From: Blasia pusilla
Taxonomy: Eukaryota
DNA length: 64,000 bases
Assembly: GCA_050084515.1 (NCBI GenBank)
Contig: CM114271.1
Coordinates: forward strand, 5,394,001-5,458,000
Direction of reading: 5' to 3'
Under the pieces are notes generated by a model. That model ran no database searches and was not told the origin of the DNA. It saw nothing but the letters and a program-made list of their open reading frames with translations. Position 1 is the first letter of the stretch; the number at the start of each line of letters is the position of its first letter. Positions 48,813 to 63,299 of the stretch are shown piece by piece. The position numbers and the translations under genes were made by a program.

Positions 48813-51800
48813 ATGAAGGAGGGCGGAGGGACAGGATGGGCAGCTATAGCTCGGAAGGAAGCGGCTGTGAGTCCTGCGTTGGACATTCCGGCTTTGCTAT
48901 CCAGTGCAGGGCTGAGAACGGTGGTGGTGGATGCGAATGCCATAATCGGAGGTGGTGTGAGGCTGCCAGGCCTTGCGGACCAATTCTTCACGATCAAGGA
49001 AGTTCTGCAGGAAGTGAGGGATCCCGCGTCCCGATTTCACCTGGCGACTCTGCCCGTTTCCATTAGGTGTTTGGAGCCTTCCGAAGAGGCCCTCGCGAAA
49101 GGTGAGCTTCTGGACTCCAGATTTTCGAGACAGCGGAGAATGCCTTTGGGTAACCAATTGGACTTGTCGCGAACGATTTGATTTTGACACGCGTTTGATT
49201 CGAACTATTTAAGCTATTGAATGGACCTGCAATTCCTGAAAGACGCCCACAGAGAGACTGTACTCATTAAGTAGTGCCTGTCGTAGCCTTGCGACCATAG
49301 ACCCCTTCGCCCTGGTTGGACGGTGCTTGAGACTGGGATGGGTGTAGAGAGAGGAACAAGTGAAGAAGGTACCATATGAGAGGAGGGAGACACTCTCATA
49401 TGGTGTGAGTGCTGACCAAACAACGTGTTGGTGCGGAGCTTCGAAGTGTCAACCAAGATGCTCTTCACCCAACCATCTACTTTACCTGATTGGGATCCCC
49501 AATAGACATTACTTACCAGTGCAGCAGCTTTGGGCAATGAATCGAGGCTACTGAATGTGTTGAACAATTCTGGTGGTACCAGCTTAGCAATATCAGCATA
49601 TGCTCTTGCTCTGTGTGTTGTGAATTTTGCGCAGGAGACCAAGTAATGACTAGAGTTTTCATCTACGCTTTACATAGAACACCCCATGCCGGCTTATTTT
49701 ATTGTTGTCCGGAGACTCACTAGTACCAACGTGGCGCACAACAAGGCCATCGTCACACAAGGCGCAAGAGTTTAGTTGTGTTCCCATCCTGCTTTTCTTA
49801 TGGTTCAAGGGGATTGCCCCCGTCCTGAACTTGAACATGAGCCGTGTTCCCAAGCAAGGGGTTCCCCGCAAATTTTCTTCAGTTCTGCCTTCTGAGGATA
49901 TACCGTCAAAAGAGAGAGGTCAGACATTTTCATGGCTTCCTCCGTGCTGTTCTGCTGTGAGCGTTTGCCCACTGCTTTGGTTACGGTATCCACGAATGCT
50001 TTCTCATCTTGCTCCCACAGTTCAGGCCCTACTGGGAGCTTGGATGATTGCACAATCTCTTGAACCTTTTTCGTCCAAGATTTGGCCTGCTTTACGGGAC
50101 TTCTTTGGGTCCAAGTTTTCCCCATCACTTCTTTAGGATAGCGATGGGAGTCCATTGTCTCCAGCTGCCTCCGCCATTTCAGAGAGAGAGAGAGAGGATT
50201 TGCTAACATGTTGTGTAAATGGCAGTGGTTCAGTTTTCGCGGGCTACAGGAGACTTGCAGTCTCTTTCAGAAGTGGATCTCAAGCTGATTGCACTTACGT
50301 ACACTTTGGAAGCGCAAGTGCACGGTACGGATCATCTCCGTGCACGACCCCCTCCTCTGTTAGTTACACCCACCAGCATTCAGCGTGCCAAGGATCCTCC
50401 GGGCTGGGGAACTGTGGCCAATCCGGAAGAATGGGAAGGAATCGAGGAAGAAGCTGATGGAGCGAAATCAGAGTCACACATATTGGGCTTAAAAAGTTTG
50501 ACTTTAGATGCAGTGGAATCGAATGGGAGTGGAGAAATTGTGGTGGACTCTGAAAGTGGAGCGACTGGTGGTAACGAAGAATTAAGGCCCACTGGATTCT
50601 CAGAGATTTCCGCGGATGCCTCTAATTCAGAGGAAACTGGCCCTATCGGAGCTGAACATGCTGCTTCCACCGTCAATGGAAGCTCAGCTGAACTTTCCAC
50701 CGATGTCGGCGGTGAGGTTGCCAAAATCCAAGCTGCGCAAGAGAACGGTCATGTGTGGAAGAAGGATGGTTCTAGATTGTACGCTGGGCCAAGGAAGCAG
50801 AATAAGGCAAAACCTGCCCCGAATCTTGAGGGCAAGAACGTAGCTGCAGGTTTGGACGCATCGAAAGGGGAGCTAGATGATGGTGGTGATGATTGGGAAA
50901 GAGCTCTCAGCAGAAGTACCAAGCGCAATTATTTGAAGAGGTCATTGAGACGTGCTGCAAGGAAAGCTGCAGAACCCGAACATTTAGATGAAGCAGGCCA
51001 GGAAGTGAAGGAGGAACAGAAAGCAGTCGAATCTATAGTGACTCCGCCAAGTCATATGACAACTAAAGGAACTGAATTTTTCAGACCGGACTTAAACTCA
51101 GGTGCAGAGACAGACACGGTAGAAGAACCAGTGGCTGATGGTGGCTGCTGCAGTGGCCATGATGATGAATTGATGGAGTTAAGGGATTTGGATCAAGGAG
51201 AGGAGTCATCAAGGGCCACGTGTGGGGAAGATGGTGTCGAAAAATTGGAGGTTCACAGCAATTTTGATGACACTGAAAGCAATGGAGATGTTGCATCATC
51301 CTCGCACTTTGGTGGGGTTGAGAGCGAGCAAAGCTGGGCAGTTGGTCCTCTTTGGACTTCTACTATTGCTTGCATGACAGGCGATTTTGCTATGCAAAAT
51401 GTACTCCTCCAAATGGGTCTGCGACTTCTCTCAACATCTGGCATGCACATACGTGAACTCAATAAGTAAGTTGGTCTGTAGCCTTTGAATTCGTCTTTTG
51501 CTTCAGAACACGATTTCTTGCCTCTCTTGCTGTCAGTTAGCGAAACCTTCTTCACCAGTTCTCCTCTCACTTCTAGTCGCTGGTATTTTCCCATACTCCA
51601 GATGACTATACTGCTTATGTAGTCCTTATTACTGACAGGGCAGGTTCATGAGCTCCATTACTTAGTTCTAGCTGTACTGGTGGAAGAGGAGTGTAGGAAC
51701 TAAACACCTTTGGTTACTTGCATACTTGACAATGCTTTTGTCAGCCTCGCTGAAACATGGTTTAGATGTTTGATTGGGAGGCAATAAGCAAGGAAGAGAA

Positions 51801-53386
51801 GATTGTCTAGTTTATGGAGGGCTGAGCTCACGACATAGTCTCCAGTTTAACAAATAGGAGCTCGTAGTCAAGGTTTTGACCAAGATTTCCTTTTTGATCA
51901 TTGCTGTAGGTCCATTTTCTATGTCATACTAGGGCTAGAGCACATTTGACTGAGCTAAACGTCACTAAATACATGCATGGGCAGTCTGTCCCATCAATAA
52001 AAGGAAGAAAGTGATGATTGTGACGGATACTGCTATCACATGTTCATAATCTTATTACCGGAGGTAATACCAAATCCACTGTCATGGTAGTGGCCTCTCT
52101 CTCGTGGCATGTGATTCAGTTGTGTGCCAAGTGAGAAAATCTAGTCTCATTAATCTGCCTAGAAATCTGCAATGGTTTAATTATTCACTGCTGTCTGGAC
52201 TTTATCTGTATCCTTGGAGTGACCCATGAGTACAAACTTTGTATTCTCATCATAGGTCTCCAGCTCAATTGACTCTAGATACAGACAAGAAACAGCCTTG
52301 CAGAGGTGAGCCTTGTTAACACTGAAACAAGAAATCTTGTCAGCTAAGACAAGAGATAGAGGTGAACATGGACTTCCATCATAAGGTGATTTGGTATTCC
52401 ACAATTTACGAACAATTCCATTACTCTTGATTGCAGGTGGATCCTCAAATGTCAGGCCTGTGGCCAGACCACTTCGGAGATTGGGCGCATATTTTGTCCC
52501 AAGTGTGGAAATGGTGGGACACTGTTCAAGGTGTCAGTCACTATTGGACCGAATGGGAGTGTGCACGCAGGACGAAACCGCCGCCAAAATCTTCGTGGCA
52601 CAAGAGTATGTGACTGTTTTCTATGTGGTCAACTTATTTTTTCTTACAGCACTGGACCTGTGCAGGGGTTTTCAATCAAGATTATTAAGAATATATGCCA
52701 GTTTTCATTCTTATGCAAATTTTGCTGTGTAGAAATATCTCTATTTCTTCCTCTTTATTGTAGGAATCATGTGTCTAATGACTTCCTGAATTGCATTCTT
52801 TGGCAAGTTTGAATGTAGGTTAAGTAGGCGAGTCCAGACCAGCATTTGTCATTCTATCTTGCAATACTGGTTAATCTAGATGTTGTGGTGTGGACGTACA
52901 GTATTCATTGCCTCTACCAAAAGGAGGAAGAGATGGTGCAGTTCAAAACCCAATATTGCGGGAGGACCAATTACCCAACAAACCCAAAGCAAAAAAGCCA
53001 GTAGTAAGATTTCTTTCTTATCTTTTATTCGATGGTTGCATTTTTTATATTCTGTGAATTCCTGCTGTCATCAATGTTATGCTCTTGCCTCTAGATTTGT
53101 TAAGGAGAGGTGCATATGCAATTAATTAGATGAAAGTGGAGTGCAGTCTTTGGAGTTTGGTTCATTGCACAATGATTAGTTATTCTGACATTGGGTCTGC
53201 TCTGATGTATTTCTTGGACTTTCTTGTTGGTATGGCCTTCAGGAAATGGAGGCTTTGAGTTCTGCTGATGTTGTGTTTACGGTAGCCCATGGCCATAAGG
53301 GTCATAAAGGGGTTGGTGTGAAAACAGCGGCAGCCATTTATGGTGGGAGAAGGAATCCTAATGAGCGGCGAAAAATTGCAAAATAA
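48813..53386 (+). CDS. NOB1: 20S-pre-rRNA D-site endonuclease NOB1 (PIN domain plus Zn ribbon)
   Basis: Exons 48813-49101, 50226-51465, 52437-52605, 52902-53003 (or 53000), 53243-53386. Motifs VVDANAII, EVLQEVRD, TGDLQSLSEVDLKLIAL, TGDFAMQNVLLQMGL, CQAC...FCPKCGNGGTL, YSLPLPKGG, ILREDQ, GRRNPN. Confidence 0.95.
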
Positions 53387-55244
53387 TGACCCTGTAATAT
53401 GCTTCTAAAGTGCCATTGTCAAGCTGACATGAGTGTATATTACAGTAGTTGACGGTTTCAGTTATTCACATGGTCAGTTTCGTTTTTCCATCAACATCTG
53501 CTCCAAAGAGGGGCATATGATGGTCGGGATTCATGGTTTGAATCTCCAGCCTCTACGAGTGAGTTGGGTTGCTTTTTATTGGGGTTCTCAAAATGGTAGA
53601 CATCCTGCCCCTACAACTTTCCGACCTGGCTTGAGATTCAATCATCTCCTGGACAGAGGCTCTTATAACAGTGCATTGTAGACCTTTAATTTGTGGTGCA
53701 GAGCGTCCAGAACTGAAAGGAATGAGGTCATGGTCTATGGGTACTGTTGTACTGCAGGAATGGCAAACGCGGGGCTGAAAATTCTGTAGTCCAGGAGTGG
53801 TATTTGAATTGTTCTGATGCCGCTGATTGGCAAGGTGGACCCGTGGAACAGGTCTGGTGGTGAACAGTATACAATAGACGAGTACCTCATGAGCAGAGAA
53901 AGTTCCCACCCTAGATTATAGCTCTCTTCCAGATGAGGTGCACAATTTACAGCATTTGCCGTCCAAGAAATAGATCTCCCATCTGGTGTCTTCACAAAGA
54001 AAGGCTTCTTAGTTAAGTTGCCTGCTGGTTGCATATATTATGTTTTATGTGATGATTCGAGACTCTATCTGGTGATGGGAGAGCTGGTAAATTGTAATAT
54101 CTCAGAATACTACCGAGAGTGTATGTCTGCCTCTGTGATATGAGCTGGTTCTAAAGCGTGTCTGGTAAAGTCGTTTAAGTTCCAAACCTACTTGACCCCT
54201 ATCTTGTTAAAAGCCAATATCTCCAACTCATTCTGCCTCCTGGGTATCAACAGCCAGTGCAAGGAGATGAGCGAGTGGTATCGACTTTTGCGACGATTGC
54301 CATGTAATTAAGAATTGTGAACAGGTCCACACAGGTTTCTTCACACCATCGATTCATGAGATCATGTAGACATGGAATTGCAACTTATAGTTTAGTAACT
54401 GGTGTACTTGGGTTTCTTTACTCCATCTAACCACTGCTTTGAATCTCGTAAATGAGATACCTACCATCCATTAGAGTATGACATGTGAAGATATGCTACA
54501 TCCTCACTACATTTAAACGCAAGTGATGCTCGAAGGAGGGTTGGATCCAATAGTTTCATGTCGTCTAGGTCCAATGTGCACTGATTTGAATTGCGGTTGC
54601 GAGGAGTAAACATTCCAGTGGGACAAAAAGTATTCTATTGAAATCATTTTATAGAGAAATTTAGAAGATGGAACGGGGAGTGTATTCAAAGAACGTTGGA
54701 TCCATTCGTCTCCAATGATTTGAAGACCAATCTACACTAGTAGAACATGCCAAAGAACGAAACTACCATATGTAACCTGGAAAAAGTACATCGAAAAGCT
54801 TGTACAAGCTTTCGAAGAAGCAATAAAGTGGATACAATAGATGATTAAAATTATTGCAGAATGTGTCAAATCTTCACATGCTACTGTTTACTTGCATGAG
54901 TTGCCCTTTGGAACTGGTGCTTACATGTTAATAAGCACCGACCCCAAGGGTAGAACTATTTTCATAGTATAAAAATATAAGTGGCCTACATATAGTGTAA
55001 CATATGCAATGTAATATATGAAAGGTTTTTGGTGTTTACTTGACTAGTGTTGCATGTTAGTTTCTTATTTGCTTGTAACTTCAACCCATACTATCCACCC
55101 ATTAAACTAGTCACCATGCCCATCTAAAGGGTTGTTTATAAAAGATTTCTTTTAGTTTTTTTTTTATTTTTAATTTCAAACTCGTAATAAACACTCCAAT
55201 TTGTGATCCGAAATATTTCATGGCCTTTGCAACAATCTGTATTA

Positions 55245-55394
55245 GCAACCTCCTTAATAAACACCCCACTCTTTAAATAAAAAGAATCCCACTCCTCCAA
55301 GAAAACTACTCCATTTATTGGCAACCTCCTTAATAAACACCCCACTCTTTAAAATAAAAAGAATCCCCACTCCTCCAAGAAAACTCCTCCATTT
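55245..55394. repeat. 76-bp tandem duplication
   Basis: GCAACCTCCTTAATAAACACCCCACTCTTTAAA...CCAAGAAAACT.CTCCATTT occurs at 55245 and 55321. Confidence 0.85.
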
Positions 55395-57382
55395 CTTGGA
55401 GGAGTACCAAATGAATCTTCCCCTCTCCCCAAAGGTTTAAACGTGACATATTTCTCTCCCTCAAATTTGATACCCACCTAAATGTGACACTTCAAAATGG
55501 AAAGTGTGTTATTATTTTGTTGTATCAATTTTCTTGTCTTCTTATTATACAAATCATGTTAGACAATAATAGTGTAGAAGATCTTATTCTTAAAAGTAGT
55601 ATCTACTATCTAAATTACCTCTAAAGTTAAGTTGTAGAGGTGCTATCTAGGATACTTTAACAACTCTCGAAATCTCGAAAGTAAGAACTAGAATACAAGT
55701 ACCTCGTAAATGTAGACCTATGTGTTGAAAAAAGGACATTGGTGACCCAACATACAAGAATATTTCTTTTGGATGATTGGAACATCATGCTTCCAATCAA
55801 CCAAAATGAGATTGCTTTAATGCAAATAAGTCTTAAATAAGTTTCTGTTTCGTCGGTTTATCGCAAGATGATTTCGCAATTTGTTGAAGGTCTTGCTTAC
55901 AATGCAAATTTATTGCGAAACACCTAAAAGACCCCGGGGAAACATTTGTTGTCCCAAGGGCCGGCTTGGACAAGAAGGTAATAGTTAATATTTACATAAG
56001 TAAATACAAAAACCGCTAGCACAACAAAGAGATCAATGTTAGGCTAGACCAAAAAGTCACCTTAATCCCATGTTAGGATCCGATTTCATAGATTATAAAG
56101 TCAAGATGACTTCCTATAAAATCAAGGCCCTATATTTCTTTAATCTAATGATTCAAGACGTGCCACAAAAATGGGACTCCCAAAATGATTTGTACCCCAT
56201 AAAAGCCCGGCACAAATCCTTTCAACCTTGATTACCGACATGACAAGTAATCTAGTAACAAAGGAAAATTGAAGGTCTAACGGAGGTTCTTGTCCCTCCC
56301 CAAACAAGATCCATTTATTGCACTAGAGTAATCCCATGTCATGCACAAGTTTATATTACCTTCCAAACTTAACTCACTATTATCAAATGCATCTCAAACA
56401 ATCCTCTCAATTCAAAAATGAAAGCGAACAATCAAATAAAAAGAAGACAAATGAGGAGGCACTCTCGGAATAATAATATCTCCAAATAATTATATATAAT
56501 AAGATAGATCCACGAGTAACATCCTTTGCATGCCACTCCTTGCCAACGAGGCACATGTCATGCCATGAAGCCGCAACTATCAACTATGCATGCGAATGGC
56601 ACCTTGCCCAAGAGGCACATGTCATGCCATGAAGCCGCTACTAACATCTACTCACGCCACTGCCTCCTTACCAAAGGGGCTCAGGTCGTGAAGTGCGAGT
56701 TTGAATTTGACCCAAGACCCAATTTTGAATTTTCACGCCTCTGGTTTGGTTTTGAGGTGAGTTGTGTGTTAGGACTGACACATAGGTAGTGAGTGGAGTG
56801 CGGAATTTGAATTTTCACGCTTCTAGTTTTGAGGTGATCTTGTTGTGCAGTGACCTTTTATCCTTGCAGAGCCAGACACTCCCAATTCTACTCCCGCGCT
56901 TGGTCCTCATGTTAACTGTGTTCTTGTGTGATTTTGGCGCTTCGTGCGGGAGTTTCGAGCTTTACCTGAGGAACGTGCGCGAACATTCATGAACAGAACA
57001 TCATGTTGTTGAGACAACTCTCTCCAGTTTCATCACATCACATTGTGGTGTGGGGGAAGTGGAGAGAGTTAATATGGAGGCGAACAATGGGCAGTTGTGT
57101 GTCATGAAGAGGAGTGTGTTGTGAGGACGGGGAGAGATTGAGTGGAAAAGATGTCCGACATCCTCTAGCGTTCGGAACAATTCTCATTCGAAAAGAATTT
57201 ACATTTCGTGATTGTTATTTACAAGGAAGCAGGCTCGGATGCGAAGGCCGCACTCGATCCGAATCCCATTCCGTTATTTGGTGAGTAGCTGCATGAACAA
57301 AAATTGAGTATTACAAACTACGCTCGCAGTGCTGATGATGTATCGGCGGCCCTAAAGTGCGAGAATCGCTCGGCTTAGAATC

Positions 57383-60300
57383 TCAATCCTGCATCATCTC
57401 CTCGTCGTCTTCATCCATGAGCTGCTCCTCGATTCTCATCTTCTTGGCGATCTTTACGGGAGGGAGGTCCGGTCTCACGTTGGGAACGCTGATGAGGATG
57501 TCGGATTTGGCGCCGGTCTCGCTGTTCACGAGGCCTCCGTCTTTCTTCACCGCGTACGTCAACTCTCTGCCTCCGGGCTTCACATCGATGTAAACGGTGG
57601 AGTTCTCGTCGATCTCGTCGTTGATGAGCATGCGCGACAGTTGCGTTACGACTTTCTTCTCCAACCAGCGCCGTAGCGGGCGAGCTCCGTACAGAGGATT
57701 GTAAGCTTCCGAGAGGACAAGATCCAGAGCGGAGTCGGTGACAGCAAGCGCGATTCCCCGATCTGCCAGCCGCATGGCCACATCTTTCATTTGGATCCGC
57801 GCCACCTTCCGCAGTTGGTCATGAGAGAGGGGGCTGAAGACGATGATTTCGTCCAGCCGGTTGATCAATTCGGGCCTGAAGTTCATGCGGACCTGCACAG
57901 ACGATGCGCATGGAAATGAGAAACAGGGACAGGAGACGGCGTCGGAGACAGATACTGGGAGCGGATGGGAGATAGCTTTGTGAATTGAAGCGGGGGAGGA
58001 ATTGAGCAGAGACGGGGAAGGGTTTATGAGCCGGTTTAGCGCTCGGACGACACATACCTCTTGCATGACTTTCTCTTTCGCCGCGTCCATCGATTGTTCA
58101 CCGACCAATCCTGCAAGTAAGTGCTCGGCTCCGAGATTGGAGGTGAGAATTATCACTGTGTTGTTGAAGTTGACTGTCACACCTTGACCATCTGTGAGAC
58201 GTCCATCATCCAGAAGTTGCAATAGAGTATTGAATACTGCCGGATGAGCCTTTTCTACTTCATCGAACAATACCACGCTGTAAGGCCGCCGTCGGACGGC
58301 TTCAGTAAGCTGGCCCCCTTCTTCGTGGCCAACATAACCTGGAGGAGAGCCGATAAGCCGTGACACAGAATGCTGTTCCATATACTCCGACATATCGATG
58401 CGCACGAGCTGATTTTCATCGTCAAACAACTGCTCCGCAAGGGCCTTGGCGAGCTCTGTTTTCCCAACACCTGTGGGGCCTAAGAAAAGGAACGATCCTG
58501 CCGGTTGCGTGGGTCTTCCGAGGCCTGCCCTGGATCGGAGGATGGCCTCCGAAACTGATTGCACAGCTTCGTCTTGCCCGACCACGCGTTGGTGTAATCT
58601 GTCTGCGAGGCCTATCAACCTCACCTTGTCATTTTGACCCAGCCTCGTGACGGGAATGCCGGTCCAGCGGCTCACGACCTCGGCAATCTGATCGGGGCCT
58701 ACGATTTCAGTGAGCATGTTGTTGTCGCTGATTTCTGCGTCCAAATTGACGATCCTTTCTTCGATTTCTTGGAGAGCACCGTATCGCAGATCGGCGACTC
58801 TAGCGAGATCCATCCTTCTCTCTGCGTCTTGGATGTTTCGAAGGATTTCCTCACGTTTCTGCTTGAATCTGCGACTTTCATCTACTCTGCCCTTCTCTCG
58901 CAAATACTTCATTTTCAAAGGCTGGAGCTTGTCCCTGAGATCATCCAGCTCTTGTTTCACTTCAACCAGCCGCGCTTTGCTTGATTTGTCTTTCTCCTTC
59001 TCCAGGGCGTGCTGCTCTACCTCCAGCTGAATTCTCCGTCTCTCCAGAGAATCCACTTCCTCCGGTTGGCTATCCAGCTGCACACGAATGTTGGCACAGG
59101 CCTCGTCTACCAAGTCTATGGCCTTGTCAGGCAGGTGACGTCCTGTAATGTAGCGACTAGATAGCTGAGCTGCGATCACGAGAGACTTGTCCAGTATGCG
59201 AACACCGTGATGTCCCTCATACGTCTCCTTCAAACCTCGAAGTATGCTAATTGTATCTGGGACGCTGGGCTCCGCAACGAACACCTGACAGATGACGAAG
59301 GTGAGTGACAACTCGACTGAAATTTTCAGAAACAGTCGGTCACCTATGCAGTAGTGCAAAATGCAGGACTAGACGACACGATCACTACAAATTGTGGTTA
59401 CAGAGCTGTATTGCAACAGAAACGATGGCGACTTCGACGGAAGAGACTCAACTGGAATTCTCGGAGCTTCTACTCTGAATGAACACTCTGCATCAGGAAT
59501 CCATGCAATATGCAGTGCCCTGGGAGGTTTTAGACTAGAGAATGCACACGGCGTACTTTCTAAGCGTAAAAGCGACGGTGATCAGGAAGGGGAACACTCA
59601 CTTGCTGGAAACGACGCTCGAATGCAGCATCTTTCTCCACGTACTTCCGATACTCGGCCAGAGTCGTGGCGCCGATGCATCGTAGTTGGCCACGGGCAAG
59701 CATTGGCTTGAGAAGATTAGCTGCATCCATTGATCCTTCGGTTTTCCCGGCGCCGAGCACCATATGTATCTCGTCGATGAACAGGATGACCTTTCCCGCG
59801 GCATCCTCGACCTCTTTAAGCACAGCCTTCAATCTCTCTTCAAATTCTCCTCGATACTTGGCACCGGCGATCAAAGCTCCCATATCCAGAGCAATCAAAC
59901 GCACTTCCAGCAAATTGCTGCAAGGAGAACGTGAGATGAGTCAACCCTACAATACTACGCGCGCGCTGTGCTAACACCGAGTCACTAGCGAGGGGGGTCT
60001 TCTGTCACTCACAAACTATCAGCAAACAAACTCTAGAATTACTGCTGAGTTTAGGAGGAGTTGCACGCATACCTTGGAACATCTCCAGCTACGATGCGCT
60101 GGGCGAGGCCCTCCACCACAGCGGTCTTGCCTACACCGGGCTCTCCAATCAACACAGGATTGTTCTTCGTGCGCCTCGACAGAACACGCACAATCCTTCT
60201 AATTTCGTCATCCCGACCAATCACTGGATCCAGCTTACTGGCCTCCTCCACGAGATCCCTTCCATACTTCTTCAATGCCTGGAAGTTGGTGTCTCCCGTC

Positions 60301-60761
60301 GCGTTCTCTACTTTCTTCCCCTCTCCACGCGCATTTTCTAGTTCTGTTTTTACCCGAGCGACGCTTATTCCGCACTCCTTCATGCAATCTCCGATTTGAG
60401 TGTCTTCAAGAAGAGCTAGAATCAATTGATCAACGGAAAGATGCGTGTCACCTCTCTTCTTCTGAAACGCTTGCGCCTTCCTGATGCACTTAATCAGGGA
60501 GGAATTCGCGGGTACTTCATCCGGAGCGGGAGTCTGCGACGGGATTTTCTTCAGTGCCTGATTGAAGGCCCTTTCCAGAGAACTCACAGCTCCATCTCCT
60601 CTCGCAGCAGTGACGGATTGACTGAACAATCCATCCGGATCCTGGAGCAAGGCGAGTGCAAGATGCACAGGCGTGTACTGAGCATGTCCGCCGCTGATCG
60701 CGATTTCTTGACCCGCAGCAAGCGCTTCGTTGGTCTTATGCGTAAATCGCTCGGGATTCAT
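57383..60761 (-). CDS. HSP101: Cytosolic ClpB/HSP101 disaggregase, about 913 aa
   Basis: Exons 60761-60073, 59917-59602, 59284-58058, 57892-57383. [14 protein letters not shown] start, two Walker A motifs ([16 protein letters not shown]), a coiled-coil middle domain, YGARPL and an acidic tail. Confidence 0.98.
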
Positions 60762-61103
60762 ATCTTCTCTCGAAACAAACTGCCTTCAAAATCGCCTACG
60801 ATCACTATCCGATTACAAACTCTCAATCAACGCAACACTACTACTTCAACTCCCGAATCGGCTCTCCTCTGGAACGATAGAATTCCGCAGCAATGTCGAT
60901 TGTACAATGGTCCACTTCCTCCGTCTTCCGCGTCGACGCTTAGTAATCCCTTGCGTGTAATCTGCGATCGGAATCAAATGAGTTGAATGAATGACAGGAG
61001 TGGCAGCGATTGCCGCTATAAGAAGAAGAGACCAGCGCTCGACCCTCAAAGGCAGAGAAGAGTTTGAGAAGAGTCGCGACTGCACTCGCAAATTCTGTAC
61101 AAG

Positions 61104-61166
61104 CTTCCGGAGAGTTCTCCATTCCTTCCACAATCGATTTTTTATCATGTCCTTCTGGAAGATTTC
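61104..61166. promoter_or_regulatory. Heat-shock elements upstream of HSP101
   Basis: TTCcgGAGagTTC (61105-61117) and TTCtgGAAgaTTT (61153-61165), which are alternating nGAAn units. Confidence 0.7.
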
Positions 61167-61850
61167 AAGGTGGACTGGAGGACTCTTCTCTGTCCGACGC
61201 CATCTTCAGGGTTAGTGAGAGATACGAAGGATATATCTACTACACTCCGGCACAATCCAGACTAGAGGGTGGATTCTAGAGTTTATGAACGGTCGGTAGC
61301 TTTATCTAGAGGTCGGAGAGATAGCGGCTTTCCAAAGAGACCGGTGTCTCTGAATACGAGGACACTGAAGAATAAAGGACGACGGCTTCAGCTGTCGTAC
61401 TTGTATTCGACGCCGAACGAAATCGTATTTACATGCGTTCGTCGATTCATAAGATCTTACGGATCTTACCATCCATATTAATTGCCTAATCGGCGGCACA
61501 AAGAAATTTTGATTAGTGATTAAGGAACGAGGGGATCCGGGGTTACGACTAGTCCCGGCCCGCCGTCTTCTAAATTTCCGCCCTATGAGATCCCGGTGGA
61601 CGTGAGAAGGTTTCCGCAACCCGACGTGAGCGGGAGTACCTTCCCGGCTTTGTCCCGGTTACCGCCCGAGTCTGATCGGGAAATGGCCTTGGGCCGGGAA
61701 CTATGCCAGTCTTCAGCTGTATCGCAATGAAGAGTGGCCGGGAAGTTTTCGGAAAACCGGAAGGCTACCAGAGGAGTCATGTTGTCGGGACTCGGGATAA
61801 CGAATAGATCGGGCAGGGTAAAATAATGCATTTGGGCCTTCGGTCTAAAA

Positions 61851-62046
61851 TTTATATTATTATGGGAGAATGATTTTTTTTTTCAAATATATTTTTGTTT
61901 CTCACGTGATAATTGGATTGGAAGAAAATGTTTCACATGAAATGTACGGTAAGAAAATAATTGTGTGCAATATCATTCATCTCTTTCGTTCACGGTCTAT
62001 ACATTAGCTTTTTTATTTCTGGTGTATGGCACAGGCACCTTACTAG
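61851..62046 (+). mobile_element. Non-autonomous mini-Helitron (196 bp)
   Basis: A|TTTATATTATTATGGGAGA ... GTGTATGGCACAGGCACCTTACTAG|T. The 5' end matches the one at 28763. Confidence 0.68.
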
Positions 62047-63299
62047 TACCCTAAACATGTGTTGGGGTCTTGGTGGCAGATTGCTTATCTTGCTTGTAGC
62101 GTTACTCGACTTGTTGCTCTTGCTCTACTGCAAAAGTATGATTCACTCTCGTCATGCTGCATGAATCGCTCTTGCCATGTTTAGTGCTCACATTTTCATC
62201 GACGTTTTTTGCTTTGTTCTTTCGCCTTCCCGTTCTGGTTCAACTCTCGATTGTCTTTTGGAAACTCCAAAAGCTGCTTGATAATCCCTTGATGATTTTC
62301 ATGTTGCTATTTAGGCCCCATTGCTCCAAGAGTCCCAAGGCAATACTATCCATTATTACAGTTCGCCATGGTTGCATAGAAACATACACGTCCGTCCCTA
62401 GGACGAACAAGTCTGAATAAGTCCACAGACATGGATTGCAAGAGGTGGGGCCCATCCTTATAATTCATGATGGAAGATAGGGAAAAGGCGAGTGGGGCAA
62501 CAAGGGGGAAGGAAGTGGGGTTAGAGGGAAGAAGAAATCGGAAAGTATGGAACATATGGGCAAATGGGGGGAAATGAGAAAGATGGGGAAGGTGGGGCCC
62601 ACATGAATAAGTCCTTCCATAGGACGGACGTAAGTCCATGGAAATGGATATGTCTGCGGACACAGACTTTGTCCACACGCAACCTTGCATCTTACGATTT
62701 CTTACCCTCGATCTTTTGACTGTCTTACAGCTTTGTCCCTACGTTGCTACGGCTGCACACAAGGCCTAGCTCTCTTTATTGGAATCAATCTTGACGAGAT
62801 CGTTGTTAGAAGTTAACATTGCAGTTGTTCTCATGTCACAGCCCTTTGGAACTTTGACTCCCGATTAGTGTGCTAGTGTCATTTCGCTATTCTTTGAACC
62901 TGACACTTCCTGCAACGTCGTGAAGCAACTCACCCACACTTTCGCTTGTTGTTGAGCTCTTAACCCATGATTCATGTTCTTGCTCTCGAGGGCTTCACAT
63001 TGGTAGTGCCTATAGGGTTTTTCTTATGCTATTGCTTTATGTGCAATTCCATTTTTTCCCTTTCATTTGGTTCTCAGTTGTGTAGAACACTTGAGTGCTT
63101 GAGCTTGGATTTGTGTACTTAGCTTTATACCTTGCAATAGCTTTGCACATATTGGAGGAGGAGCATATGTGCTTCAGAGCCACTTGCTGGAAATTATCCA
63201 GAAAACTCCCATATCTCCTTTGAAACCACCTACTATCCACTTTTTATCTTTTATAGTTGTAACACTAGCCAAAAGACAGAGGAATATAAATGAATTGTT

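Noticed and set aside
50450-51330. Long acidic low-complexity insertion in NOB1
   Set aside because: A variable disordered insertion splitting the PIN domain is normal for plant NOB1.
26786-60761. Bacterial contamination or HGT (rplL-, miaA- and clpB-like genes)
   Set aside because: Spliceosomal introns, transit-peptide-like N-termini and plant-type sequences mark these as ordinary nuclear plant genes.
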